Origin: Longimicrobiales bacterium
Lineage (GTDB): Bacteria; Gemmatimonadota; Gemmatimonadetes; Longimicrobiales; Gaopeijiaceae
DNA length: 64,000 nucleotides
Assembly (NCBI GenBank): GCA_965238005.1
Contig: OZ250165.1
Location: 3,552,001-3,616,000 of the forward strand
Reading direction: 5' to 3'
Shown here: positions 18,292 to 27,880 of the stretch, piece by piece
How the letters are laid out: every line of letters begins with the position of its first letter
Numbering within the stretch: position 1 is the first letter of the stretch
Notes under the pieces: model-generated
The model's database searches: none
What the model saw: the letters and a program-made list of their open reading frames with translations, nothing else
What the model was told of the DNA's origin: nothing
Position numbers and translations under genes: made by a program

Positions 18292-20274
18292 TCAAGGCAA
18301 GCTCAGGGCATCGAGTCCGATCTCGTCGAAGATCTCCTGGAAACGGGGGTCCTCGCGGGCCTTACCCCACCCCCGCACAGACCTCTTCATAAAGAGCATG
18401 GATGGGTCTTTTTGATCCAGGGCATCTCGGAGGTGCCGGAACGTCTCGTCGAGCTCTCCGAGGCCGCCGTGCACCAAGGCCATCTCGAAGCTCTTTGGAG
18501 CGCCGTGCCCTTTCTGGTCCCACTGCCGAAGCGTCTCGAGACACTCCCGCGCTTCGTCCACCCGGCCGGCCAAGCCGCACGCGAACCCGAGGGCTCCGAT
18601 GCTCTTGTCACGCGCCGGGTCCATGGCACGCAAGGATTTGAACCTCTCGACGGCACCCTCGACGTCGCCTTTGTGGAACTGCAACCACCCCCTACCCTCG
18701 AGCCCCGCTTCGAAGCCGGGGTCGATCTCGAGCGTCTGCTCAAACTGTGCCTCTGCATCCTCGTAGCGGCCGGCCGCCGTATAGGCGTTGGCGAGGGCGT
18801 TGTTGTACGGCAGGGAAAGGGGGTCGAGCTCCACCGCCTCCTCCAGCTCCCCGATGGCCTCGTCGAGCCTGCCCAGTATCCGGAGCACGAGAGCGTGCTC
18901 GTGGTAGACCTGGGCGAAGCCGGTGTTGGCGGCCGCAGCCTTGTCGAAGACGGCCGCCGCACCCTTGAAGTCCCAGTCGATGAAGAGCAGGATGTCGGCC
19001 ATGGCCAGGTTGCCCTCGATCCCGTCCGGATCGAGCTCGAGCGACCTCTCCGCTGCTTCACGAGCCAGAACGATGCCGGCCTTCCGTTTCCAGCGCCCGA
19101 CCGCCACCAGGAACGTGTAGGCGTAGGCGAGTCCCCCGTAGGCCGCCGGGAACTCCGGATCGAGCCGGATGGCTTGCTCGAAGTACTCGACGGCCCGCCG
19201 CGCTCCCTGCGGTGTCCACTGGCCCAGGAAGAAGCGTCCGCGCAGGTAGAGGCTGTATGCCTGGGGATCCTTGGTGCGGAATGGCGCCAGAGCTTCCGCA
19301 TCGACGTCTCCGGGCAGTGACGCACGGAGCTTCTCCGTGATCTTCAGGGCGATCTCGTCCTGGGTCTCGAAGATGTCCTCGAGGACCCGGTCGTAGACGT
19401 CGGAGAAGACGTGGTATCCACTCTGCGTGTCCACGAGCTGGGCCGTGATCCGCACCCGGTCCCCGGACTTCCGCACGCTTCCCTCGAGGACGTGCACAAC
19501 GTTCAGCTTGGACCCCACCTTCCGGACGTCGACCTCCTTGCCCTTGAACGCGAAAGAGGACGTCCGAGCCGTGACCCGCAGTCCGGAAACGCGAGTCAGC
19601 GCGTTGATGATCTCCTCGGTGATACCGTCGCTGAAGAACTCGTTGTCCGGGTCGGTGCTCATGTTGACGAACGGCAGCACTGCGATGCTCTTCTGCTCGG
19701 GAGGCGCCCCGGCCGCCTTGGCGCTCTCGCCGGTGGGGAGGGGGCTCTGCTCGAGGACGGGCACTGGCCGGTCCTCGTCGGCCACGACGAAAATCTCCAC
19801 GGGCCTGGTCACGTTCTTCAGCTCGAAACGTCCGAGGGAGCGGACGAACATGCCTGGCTGATTCTTGAGGTCGTCGTAGACCCGTTCGGAGACGAGCACC
19901 TCACCGGGCGGACAGAGACCCTGGATGCGAGAGGCGACGTTGACACCGTCTCCGTAGACGCCCTGAGCCTCACGCACGATGTCACCAGTGTGGATGCCGA
20001 TCCGGAGTGGGACTCCCGGCTCGTCCGCCAGATTCCGCTGAATCTCGAGTGCGCAGGCCACGGCCTCGATGGCGCTGCCGAAGATGCTCAGGCTGCCGTC
20101 GCCATAGTGCTCGAGCAGATCGCCCCCGCGCCGCGGTACGGCCTCCTCCAACACCCTGCGATGCCGATCACGGTAAGAGCGCGCGGTCTCCTCGTCCCGC
20201 TGCATGAGGGCCGTGTAGCCCGCCACGTCGGTGAAGATGATGGCGGCTAGATGTCGTGTCTGCGTTCCGGTCAT
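18292..20274 (-). CDS. Class III adenylate/guanylate cyclase with TolB-like and TPR domains
   Basis: FTDVAGYT, GDG, RIGIHTGD, GDGVNVASRIQ; KSIAVLPFVNMS..FSDGITEE; TPR repeats. Confidence 0.92.
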   Translation of the reverse strand: MTGTQTRHLAAIIFTDVAGYTALMQRDEETARSYRDRHRRVLEEAVPRRGGDLLEHYGDGSLSIFGSAIEAVACALEIQRNLADEPGVPLRIGIHTGDIVREAQGVYGDGVNVASRIQGLCPPGEVLVSERVYDDLKNQPGMFVRSLGRFELKNVTRPVEIFVVADEDRPVPVLEQSPLPTGESAKAAGAPPEQKSIAVLPFVNMSTDPDNEFFSDGITEEIINALTRVSGLRVTARTSSFAFKGKEVDVRKVGSKLNVVHVLEGSVRKSGDRVRITAQLVDTQSGYHVFSDVYDRVLEDIFETQDEIALKITEKLRASLPGDVDAEALAPFRTKDPQAYSLYLRGRFFLGQWTPQGARRAVEYFEQAIRLDPEFPAAYGGLAYAYTFLVAVGRWKRKAGIVLAREAAERSLELDPDGIEGNLAMADILLFIDWDFKGAAAVFDKAAAANTGFAQVYHEHALVLRILGRLDEAIGELEEAVELDPLSLPYNNALANAYTAAGRYEDAEAQFEQTLEIDPGFEAGLEGRGWLQFHKGDVEGAVERFKSLRAMDPARDKSIGALGFACGLAGRVDEARECLETLRQWDQKGHGAPKSFEMALVHGGLGELDETFRHLRDALDQKDPSMLFMKRSVRGWGKAREDPRFQEIFDEIGLDALSLP

Positions 20275-20512
20275 CGCTTGTGTCAGCCTCACCTCGCGTC
20301 TGATCCCGCCTCAATCCTCGTCGGCGCGTGAAGTGTACTGTGGTCGGGGGTAGACCGGCCAGCAAGGAGGAATTGCTTGTAGGCAACGCGACTCGCTCCA
20401 ATCTTTAAACTAAGGGTGCGGAGGTCCGCGGTGCGGTATTCGCGATCCGTGTTGGGAGATAATCGAGGACCCACTCGACTGGCACGGCACCTGGACAGAA
20501 CGGAGCGTGACA

Positions 20513-21544
20513 GTGTGCATCTTCTCGCAACCGGTCGAGCTGGTCTCCGATACCCACATCTTCGCCCGGGTCGCAAACGGGACGCAGTTCCTCGCCTACG
20601 AGATGAAGCTCTCCACACCCATGGAGAACGCCATGATCCTCCCCGTGCCCATAGCCCACGGGGCGGAGGAGGACGCCCTCGAGTTCATCAGCCTGGAGAA
20701 CTATCCCGACTTCTTCGATGACCTCCACGCCTTGTTCCCGGCCGAGAAGCTCGTCTCCGCCAGCCTGGACCTCGCCCTAGCCGCCTCGGCGACGTTGGCC
20801 GTCCACCGTGTCGGCTCGTTCGAGGCATCGTTCGTCCCCAGCATCTCGGACTTCAGCCGTCTCGACCCGCGCTTCAATCTCAGCCCCGAGGCCTGGGAGG
20901 CCCTGCCTCAGGTCCACGACTATGGATTCGCCGTGTTCCAGCTCGTGGCCGGTGAGGCCAGGTACGTCCATCCCATGGCTTTCAGCTTCCCCGCCCGCTC
21001 ACCGGATCGGATCGTGTTCCCGACCATCCATGTGCACGATGGAGAGGTCCACTCACAGGCCGACTTCGACCACAGACTCTTCTGCCAGCACGACGAGTTA
21101 CGGGAGATCCCGAGGGGCCAGGCACTTCCGAGCCTTCAGGGCTGGGGGGAGTCGTACGACCTTCCCGAGTCCTCCGTGGACATCTCCCGGACGGGAGGCC
21201 TCGTCGCCGAGGGCGAACGCTGCTACCGCATGACCATGTGGGGGACCTACGACAACGAGGACGTCACGGTGGACCTCAGCGCCATCCGCGCCGACGTGGC
21301 CAGCTTCTGGGAGAAACGAACGCAGGAGGAGAAGGAGATCGACGAGAGCAACCAGGCGATGACCGGGCTGCTCCAGGCTCTGGCTGCGGACGGGCTCACC
21401 TGTCCCAAGTGCGGACTGCACTCCCAGGGCTACAAGTTCCGCAGTCCAGAGCGTCCCGCAAAGGCCTATCTGATCTGCCAATCCTGCGGCCGGTCGTCGC
21501 TTCCACGCGACTTCGGCGGTTCCGACGCCAGCGGTTCGGCCTGA
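20513..21544 (+). CDS. Hypothetical protein (DUF2330-like N-terminus) with C-terminal zinc ribbon
   Basis: MCIFSQPV..THIFAR, NAMILPVP, HPMAF, PTIHVHDG..FDH; C-terminal CPKC...CQSC. Confidence 0.7.
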   Translation: MCIFSQPVELVSDTHIFARVANGTQFLAYEMKLSTPMENAMILPVPIAHGAEEDALEFISLENYPDFFDDLHALFPAEKLVSASLDLALAASATLAVHRVGSFEASFVPSISDFSRLDPRFNLSPEAWEALPQVHDYGFAVFQLVAGEARYVHPMAFSFPARSPDRIVFPTIHVHDGEVHSQADFDHRLFCQHDELREIPRGQALPSLQGWGESYDLPESSVDISRTGGLVAEGERCYRMTMWGTYDNEDVTVDLSAIRADVASFWEKRTQEEKEIDESNQAMTGLLQALAADGLTCPKCGLHSQGYKFRSPERPAKAYLICQSCGRSSLPRDFGGSDASGSA

Positions 21545-21733
21545 GGTAGGCGGTGGAGGATCGGTGGGTTAGAGAAGCCTCAAGCCCGACAGAAGCCTCA
21601 AGCTCGGAGCAGGAACTACATCACCGTAGCGCCCCAAAATGCGTCGGGCCCCATTTGGGACTTCATGGCCTCGGCGAGCTCCGGCTGACCCCGCCGCCAG
21701 GTGATCCCAGCACGAAGGTTATTCCACCAGCCC

Positions 21734-21762
21734 TTGACTCTTCTCGGTTGATTCGGTTTACT
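21734..21762 (+). promoter_or_regulatory. Putative his operon promoter
   Basis: TTGACT, 17 bp spacer, TTTACT, about 9 nt before the leader ATG. Confidence 0.45.
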
Positions 21763-21771
21763 CAGAGCGTC

Positions 21772-21843
21772 ATGAAAACCTCGACTCGACATCATCGGCA
21801 TCATCATCCGCTCACGGGCGGTTGGCTGGAGATGTGCACCTGA
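21772..21843 (+). CDS. hisL: His operon leader peptide
   Basis: MKTSTRHHRHHHPLTGGWLEMCT*: five CAT His codons directly upstream of a terminator and hisG. Confidence 0.85.
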   Translation: MKTSTRHHRHHHPLTGGWLEMCT

Positions 21844-21876
21844 GTTGAGGATCACCTGACGATCTGAGCGCATCTG

Positions 21877-21906
21877 ACGCCGGCCCTCCGAGGTCGGCGT
21901 TTTTTT
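21877..21906 (+). terminator. Attenuator terminator of the his leader
   Basis: ACGCCGGCC-CTCCGA-GGTCGGCGT stem-loop followed by a T run. Confidence 0.85.
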
Positions 21907-21950
21907 GTTCGCCCACCTCGGAGCTCCGGCACCGTCCAACGGAGCTCCAC

Positions 21951-22832
21951 ATGAGCCAAGACAACAGCGACAACGGCGACAGGCTCCGCCTCGGCCTCCC
22001 CAAGGGTCGCATGCAGGAAGCGGTCATGACGCTGCTGGCTGACGCCGGCATCAGAGTGACACCGAGCGCACGCGGGTACCGGCCCACGGTCTCGCTGCGT
22101 GCGTGCGAGGCAAAGATCCTCAAGCCGCAAAACATCGTCGAGATGATCGAGCTCGGCAGTCGTGACGTCGGATTCGCCGGCGCCGACTGGGTCGAGGAAA
22201 TGCGGGCCGACGTGGTCGAGCTCCTCGACACCGAGCTGGATCCCGTCCAGGTGGTTGCGGCGGCACCGAGGGTGCTCCTCGACTCCAACGAGCTCCCGGC
22301 TCGGCGCCTCGTGATCGCGTCGGAGTACGAACGACTCACCCAAGAATGGATTACGAGCCGCGGTGTCGACGCGGAGTTCGTCCGCTCGTACGGGGCCACC
22401 GAGGTGTTCCCGCCCGAGGACGCCGACGTCATCGTCGACAACACGGCCACCGGAAGTACCTTACGTGCCAACGATCTCGTCGTCGTGGACACCCTGCTCT
22501 CCTCGTCCACCCGCCTCTACGCAAGCCCTACGGCCATGGCCGATCCGGCGAAGAAAGGCCGTATCGAGGATCTCCGGCTGCTCCTGCAGAGCGTCCTCGA
22601 TGCGAGAATGCGAGTCATGATCGAGGTGAACGCCCCGGCGGACCGCCTCGACGCCGTGGTCTCGCTCCTTCCCTGCATGCGGGAAGCCACCGTGGCTCCG
22701 CTCTTCGGTAACAGTGGCTACGCGGTGAAGGCGGCGGTCCCGAAGGACCGGCTGCCCGAGATCATCCCTGCCGTGAAGGCGGCCGGCGGGTCCGACGTGG
22801 TCGTCACCTCGCTGTCCCAGATCGTCCCATGA
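21951..22832 (+). CDS. hisG: ATP phosphoribosyltransferase, long form
   Basis: LGLPKGR, DVGFAGADW, YGATEVFPPEDADVIVDNTATGSTLRAN; C-terminal regulatory domain present. Confidence 0.95.
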   Translation: MSQDNSDNGDRLRLGLPKGRMQEAVMTLLADAGIRVTPSARGYRPTVSLRACEAKILKPQNIVEMIELGSRDVGFAGADWVEEMRADVVELLDTELDPVQVVAAAPRVLLDSNELPARRLVIASEYERLTQEWITSRGVDAEFVRSYGATEVFPPEDADVIVDNTATGSTLRANDLVVVDTLLSSSTRLYASPTAMADPAKKGRIEDLRLLLQSVLDARMRVMIEVNAPADRLDAVVSLLPCMREATVAPLFGNSGYAVKAAVPKDRLPEIIPAVKAAGGSDVVVTSLSQIVP

Positions 22833-24547
22833 GCGGCCGGCCCTCACTTCCGTCGACCTGGATTCCCAAGGATCCGTATCGGGGCCCCGGGCCTCGTGAC
22901 CCCGGCGTTATCAAGCTGGACGGCAACGAAGGAGCTGCGCCGTCTCCGAGCGTCCTGGCAGGGCTGGCCCAGGAGGACGTATCCGTTTTGCGGGATTACC
23001 CCGACCCACGGGGGCTCGAAGCAGATATCGCCGCTTGGCTCGGTGTGGATCCGGGACGTGTGGTGGTCACGGCCGGCGCAGACGACGCTCTCGACCGAGT
23101 CTGCCGCGCGTACCTGAGGCCCGGACGACGCATAGTCCTTCCTGTCCCGGCCTTCGAGATGATGTACCGCTTCGCCCAAGCCGCCGGAGGCGAAACGAAG
23201 ACGGTGCCGTGGGAGGGCGACTTCCCCACGGACGCGGTCATCGCGGCCCTGGACGACGGCGTCTCCGTCGTCGCAGTGATCTCACCCAACAACCCCACGG
23301 GCCGCGTGGCGACGGCAGACGACCTGAAGCGAGTGGCCGACGCCGCCTCCGGGGCCATCGTTCTCTTGGACCACGTCTACGTCGACTACGCCGATGAGGA
23401 TCTCACGGAGTTGGCCACAGGGTTCGGCAACGTGGTTACGGTTCGCACGTTTTCGAAGGCCTGGGGCCTGGCGGGATGCCGGGTGGGGTACGCCATCGCC
23501 TCAGAAGAGGTCGCCAACGTGCTCCGGAACGCGGGCACCCCTTTCCCCGTGGCCGGGCTCTCGATCGCCGCCGTGCGGGCGCAGCTCCAAGGAGGCCGAA
23601 CGCTGCTGGATGAGCACGTGAGTCGGATCCGTGGGGAGCGAGACGCGCTCGTGGACACCCTCGCCCGCCTCGGCGCCTCGCCTGCCCCGTCTCAGGCGAA
23701 CTTCGTCTTCGCCGACTTCGGCGAGCGCTCCGATCTCGTCTACGACGGGCTGGCGTCGCTGGGGATACGCGTCCGGCGCTTTCCGCATCGGCCCGAGATC
23801 AGAACCGGGATACGCATGACGGTACCGCAGGGCGTAGAGGAGATGGAGAGGCTTCGAGCCGGCCTGGACACGGTCCTGGCTCCCGAGGCGTTGCTCTTCG
23901 ACCTGGACGGGGTGCTGGCCGACGTCGAGGACTCGTATCGACGCTGCGTCCTGGAGACGGCCGGAAGCTTCGGGGTCCCGATCACCCGGGCGGACCTGGA
24001 GACGGCCGTGCTGGCGGGCGACGCGAACAACGATTGGGTGCTGACCCAGCGCATTCTGGAGGCTCGGGGCGTCGAGGTTCCCCTGGACGAGGTGACCGAG
24101 CGCTTTCAGGCGATCTACCTGGGCACGCCGCAGAAGCCTGGGCTCCGTGAGTCCGAGCGACTTCTCGTCGGTCGAGACGTGCTGGCGCGGCTGACGGCCC
24201 GCCTACCCCTGGGCATCGTCACCGGCCGCCCGAGGGACGAGGCCGTCTGGTTCCTGGAGAAGACCGGGATATCGGACCTCTTCGGAGCGGTCGCGTGCCT
24301 GGAGGATGCTCCCCTCAAGCCCGATCCTGAACCCGTGCGCGTTGCCCTCGCACGGTTGGGCGTCGAGCGAGCGTGGATGGTGGGTGACACGCCTGATGAC
24401 CTCCGGGCCGCCAAGGCCGCAGGAGTCCTTCCGGTGGGGATCGTGGCTCCCGAGGACGACCCCACCAACGCCGTTTCGGCCCTCCGCGACGCCGGAGCGG
24501 CCACCGTACTGGACGACGTCACCAATCTCGAGGAGCTACTCCCATGA
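22829..24547 (+). CDS. hisC: Histidinol-phosphate aminotransferase fused to a HAD-family phosphatase
   Basis: KLDGNE, SPNNPTG, RTFSKAWGLAGCRVGY; C-terminal FDLDGVL, KPDP, VGDTPDD. Confidence 0.92.
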   Translation: MSGRPSLPSTWIPKDPYRGPGPRDPGVIKLDGNEGAAPSPSVLAGLAQEDVSVLRDYPDPRGLEADIAAWLGVDPGRVVVTAGADDALDRVCRAYLRPGRRIVLPVPAFEMMYRFAQAAGGETKTVPWEGDFPTDAVIAALDDGVSVVAVISPNNPTGRVATADDLKRVADAASGAIVLLDHVYVDYADEDLTELATGFGNVVTVRTFSKAWGLAGCRVGYAIASEEVANVLRNAGTPFPVAGLSIAAVRAQLQGGRTLLDEHVSRIRGERDALVDTLARLGASPAPSQANFVFADFGERSDLVYDGLASLGIRVRRFPHRPEIRTGIRMTVPQGVEEMERLRAGLDTVLAPEALLFDLDGVLADVEDSYRRCVLETAGSFGVPITRADLETAVLAGDANNDWVLTQRILEARGVEVPLDEVTERFQAIYLGTPQKPGLRESERLLVGRDVLARLTARLPLGIVTGRPRDEAVWFLEKTGISDLFGAVACLEDAPLKPDPEPVRVALARLGVERAWMVGDTPDDLRAAKAAGVLPVGIVAPEDDPTNAVSALRDAGAATVLDDVTNLEELLP

Positions 24548-25146
24548 CCCCGCGACAGGCCGTAATCGACCGCCGCACCAAAGAGACCGAGATCAGCGTT
24601 CGGCTGAATCTGGACGGAACCGGAGCCGCCGAGGTCGCCACGGGCATCGGGTTCCTGGATCACCTCCTGGACGCACTGGCGAAGCACGCCCGCTTCGACC
24701 TCGAGCTGAGCTGCAAGGGGGATCTCCTCATCGACGATCACCACACGGCGGAGGACTGTGGACTCACGCTCGGCACGGCGCTGCAGCAGGCTCTCGGCCC
24801 GCGAGTGGGCATCCGTCGCTTCGGCTACGCCTACGCCCCGCTGGACGAGGCCCTGGCACGGGCGGTGGTGGACATCTCGGGACGCCCGTTCGCGGACGTG
24901 AACCTGGGCCTTACCCGGGAGCGGCTGGGTGAGTTCTCGTGCGAGAACATCCCTCATGTCCTCAGCTCCCTTGCGTCCACGGCGGGTCTGACTCTCCACG
25001 TCGACGTGCTCAAGGGCGAGAACGACCACCACCGGGCGGAGGCGGCCTTCAAGGCGGTGGCGTTAGCCCTCCGGGCAGCCGTGGAAGCTTCGGGCTTCGA
25101 CGATGTGCCCTCCACCAAGGGGAGCCTGGGAGGCGTGGAGCCGTGA
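24544..25146 (+). CDS. hisB: Imidazoleglycerol-phosphate dehydratase (monofunctional)
   Basis: [47 protein letters not shown]. Confidence 0.97.
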   Translation: MTPRQAVIDRRTKETEISVRLNLDGTGAAEVATGIGFLDHLLDALAKHARFDLELSCKGDLLIDDHHTAEDCGLTLGTALQQALGPRVGIRRFGYAYAPLDEALARAVVDISGRPFADVNLGLTRERLGEFSCENIPHVLSSLASTAGLTLHVDVLKGENDHHRAEAAFKAVALALRAAVEASGFDDVPSTKGSLGGVEP

Positions 25147-26546
25147 GCCGGGTCGCCATCGTCGACTCCGGGGTCGCCAACCTCGCGTCGGTGAGGAGCG
25201 CCCTCGCCGCCGTGGGGGCGGACGGCGTCGTGACCCGGGAGCCCGACATCGTGCGCGAGGCGAGCCACGTCGTGCTGCCCGGCGTGGGCCGGTTCGAGGC
25301 CGGAATCGAGAGCCTGCGCGCGGACGCGCTGGATCGGGCGCTTCTGGACGTCCAGGAGGCAGGCACCCCCCTCCTCGCCATCTGCCTGGGAATGCAGATG
25401 CTGGGAGAGGGCAGCGACGAGAGCCCCGGCGTAGCCGGCTTGGGCATCTTTCCGGGGCGATTCGTCCGCCTGCCCTCCTCGGTGCGGGTCCCCCATCTGG
25501 GCTGGAACCGCGTCGAGGCGGACCCTTCGTCAATCCTGCCACCCGGCATGGCGGCCTTCGCGAACTCGTACTGCCTCACCGACGCCCCGGAGGGGTGGAG
25601 CGCGGCCTGGACGACGCACGGGGTGCGCTTCGTATCGGCCCTCACCAGAGGCCGGATCCTGGCCTGCCAGTTCCACCCGGAGCTGTCGGGTGACTTCGGC
25701 ATGGGGCTCCTTCTGGCGTGGCTCTCGGGGGAGTCGCCGGGCCGCGAGGTCCAGGAGGCAGCCACCCCAGGTACGGCACGGCCGACTCTCAACCAAGTGG
25801 CACGCCGCATCGTCCCTTGTCTCGACGTGAAGGACGGCCGTGTGGTGAAGGGCGTGCGCTTCCAGAACCTCCGCGACTCCGGGGACCCGGCCGAACAGGC
25901 CGGCCTCTACGAGCAACAGGGAGCCGACGAGATCGTCGTCCTCGACGTGGCGGCCTCACCCGAAGCGCAGGGGACCCAGCTCGACACGGTCCGTTCCGTG
26001 CGAGCGTGCCTCCACATCCCGCTTACCGTCGGCGGAGGGGTTCGCACGGTCGACGACGCGCGCAAGCTCCTGTCGGCCGGTGCCGACAAGGTGAGCGTCA
26101 ACACTGCCGCTGTCCGGGACCCGTCCCTCATCGAGCGGCTGGCCCAGGCGTTCGGGTCGCAATGCATCGTCCTGGCCATCGACGCTCGCCGGGACGGGGA
26201 CAGCTGGGACACGCTCGTGATGGGCGGTCGCGAGCCCACCGGGATGGACGCCATCGAGTGGGCCCGGGAGGGGACCCGCCTCGGCGCAGGCGAGATCCTG
26301 CTGACGAGCTGGGATCGGGACGGGACCAGGAGCGGCTGCGACCTCGAGCTGCTCCGGACCATGCACGATGCCGTGACCGTGCCAGTAATCGCGTCGGGCG
26401 GCATCGGCACGAGGAGCGACGTGGCAGCCGCCTTCCACTCCGGAGCGGACGCCGTCCTCGCGGCGTCCGTCTTCCACGACGGTGACCTCACCGTGGCGAG
26501 TATCAAGGAGTTCCTGAGCAGAGAAGGGGTGGTGGTACGGACATGA
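25143..26546 (+). CDS. hisHF: Fused imidazole-glycerol-phosphate synthase HisH-HisF
   Basis: GTG 25143; LPGVG, ICLGMQ, VPHLGWN, QFHPE, then [38 protein letters not shown] in one frame. Confidence 0.95.
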   Translation: MSRVAIVDSGVANLASVRSALAAVGADGVVTREPDIVREASHVVLPGVGRFEAGIESLRADALDRALLDVQEAGTPLLAICLGMQMLGEGSDESPGVAGLGIFPGRFVRLPSSVRVPHLGWNRVEADPSSILPPGMAAFANSYCLTDAPEGWSAAWTTHGVRFVSALTRGRILACQFHPELSGDFGMGLLLAWLSGESPGREVQEAATPGTARPTLNQVARRIVPCLDVKDGRVVKGVRFQNLRDSGDPAEQAGLYEQQGADEIVVLDVAASPEAQGTQLDTVRSVRACLHIPLTVGGGVRTVDDARKLLSAGADKVSVNTAAVRDPSLIERLAQAFGSQCIVLAIDARRDGDSWDTLVMGGREPTGMDAIEWAREGTRLGAGEILLTSWDRDGTRSGCDLELLRTMHDAVTVPVIASGGIGTRSDVAAAFHSGADAVLAASVFHDGDLTVASIKEFLSREGVVVRT

Positions 26547-27880
26547 TCATTCCGAGTATCGACCTCATGGACGGACGGGCGGTCCAACTCCGCCGCGGGC
26601 GGGAGCTCGTCTTGGAGGGAGGCGACCCCTTCGAGCGTCTCGAGGAGTTCACGGTCGCCGGTGAGGTGGCTGTCGTGGACCTCGACGCGGCGCTTGGCAA
26701 GGGATCCAACGCCGGCGTGATGCGGGAGATGGTGCGGCGCGCACCCTGCCGGGTCGGTGGCGGCATCCGCGATCTCCAGACGGCCCTCGATTGGCTGGAC
26801 GCCGGAGCCACTCGTGTCGTCATCGGCACGGCGGCGTCCGTGGACTTCTGCTCGCAGCTTCCCCGGGAGCGCGTGGTGGCGGCTGTGGACGCGGAGGAGG
26901 GCACGGTGGTAGTGGAGGGATGGAGGACCGAGACGACGTTCCAGGTCATCGATCGCATGAGGGAGCTCGCCCCGGTCGTGGGCGGGTTTCTCCTCACGCA
27001 GGTGGAGCACGAAGGAGGGATGTCCGGCTTCAGCATGGAGCTCGTGGAGGAAGCAGTGGAGGCAGCGGGAGACGCCCGCGTGACCGCGGCGGGCGGCATC
27101 ACCACCGCGGAAGAGGTGGCAGCTCTCGACCGACTGGGCGTCGAGGCTCAGGTGGGGATGGCGCTGTACTCGGGCCACCTGACCCTCGGCGCCGCCGTGG
27201 CCGCCCCTCTGACCACGGGCATCGAGAGCCGACTCTGGCCCACCGTCGTGTGCGAGGAGTCCGGCGCAGCCCTAGGTCTGGTGTGGAGCACGCGAGAGAG
27301 CCTGGAAGCCGCAGTGTCACGGAGGCGGGGCATCTATTGGTCCCGCTCCCGCGGCGAGCTCTGGATCAAGGGCGAGACGTCAGGGGCCACCCAGGAGCTC
27401 CTTCGGGTGGACCTGGACTGCGACCGGGACGCCCTGCGCTTCACGGTCCGCCAACACGGCTCCGGATTCTGTCACACCGGAGAGTGGGCGTGTTGGCCGA
27501 CGGCGTTCACACTGTCCACCCTCGGAAGGGTGATAGAGGGGCGTCGGGGGGAGATCGGCTTCGGCGAGGGACCACTGGTGACAGGCGGCGGCTCCGTGGG
27601 TGGTGGGGAGTCGTCGGACAGGCGCGGCTCGGGTACGGCGCGCGTGTTGGCCGACCCCGAGCTGCTAAGGGCCAAGCTCCTCGAGGAGGCGGCGGAGCTG
27701 GCCGATGCCACGGACACCTCGAGCGCCACCCATGAGGCCGCCGACCTCATCTACTTCGCTCTCGTCGGTGCGGCCCGCCACGGCGTGGGCATGGAGGACG
27801 TACGCCGTGAGCTTGAGCGCCGGCATCGACGGGTCCGACGCCGTCCCATGGCGGCCAAGCCGGAAGGAGGAACGTCATGA
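26543..27880 (+). CDS. hisAIE: Trifunctional HisA-HisI-HisE fusion
   Basis: IIPSIDL..GGGIR..AAGGI (HisA); [25 protein letters not shown] (HisI); [16 protein letters not shown] (HisE). Confidence 0.92.
   Translation: MIIPSIDLMDGRAVQLRRGRELVLEGGDPFERLEEFTVAGEVAVVDLDAALGKGSNAGVMREMVRRAPCRVGGGIRDLQTALDWLDAGATRVVIGTAASVDFCSQLPRERVVAAVDAEEGTVVVEGWRTETTFQVIDRMRELAPVVGGFLLTQVEHEGGMSGFSMELVEEAVEAAGDARVTAAGGITTAEEVAALDRLGVEAQVGMALYSGHLTLGAAVAAPLTTGIESRLWPTVVCEESGAALGLVWSTRESLEAAVSRRRGIYWSRSRGELWIKGETSGATQELLRVDLDCDRDALRFTVRQHGSGFCHTGEWACWPTAFTLSTLGRVIEGRRGEIGFGEGPLVTGGGSVGGGESSDRRGSGTARVLADPELLRAKLLEEAAELADATDTSSATHEAADLIYFALVGAARHGVGMEDVRRELERRHRRVRRRPMAAKPEGGTS

Noticed and set aside
21573..21603. 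Direct repeat AGAAGCCTCAAGC twice upstream of the his promoter
   Set aside because: Only two short copies with no further support; may be a local duplication.
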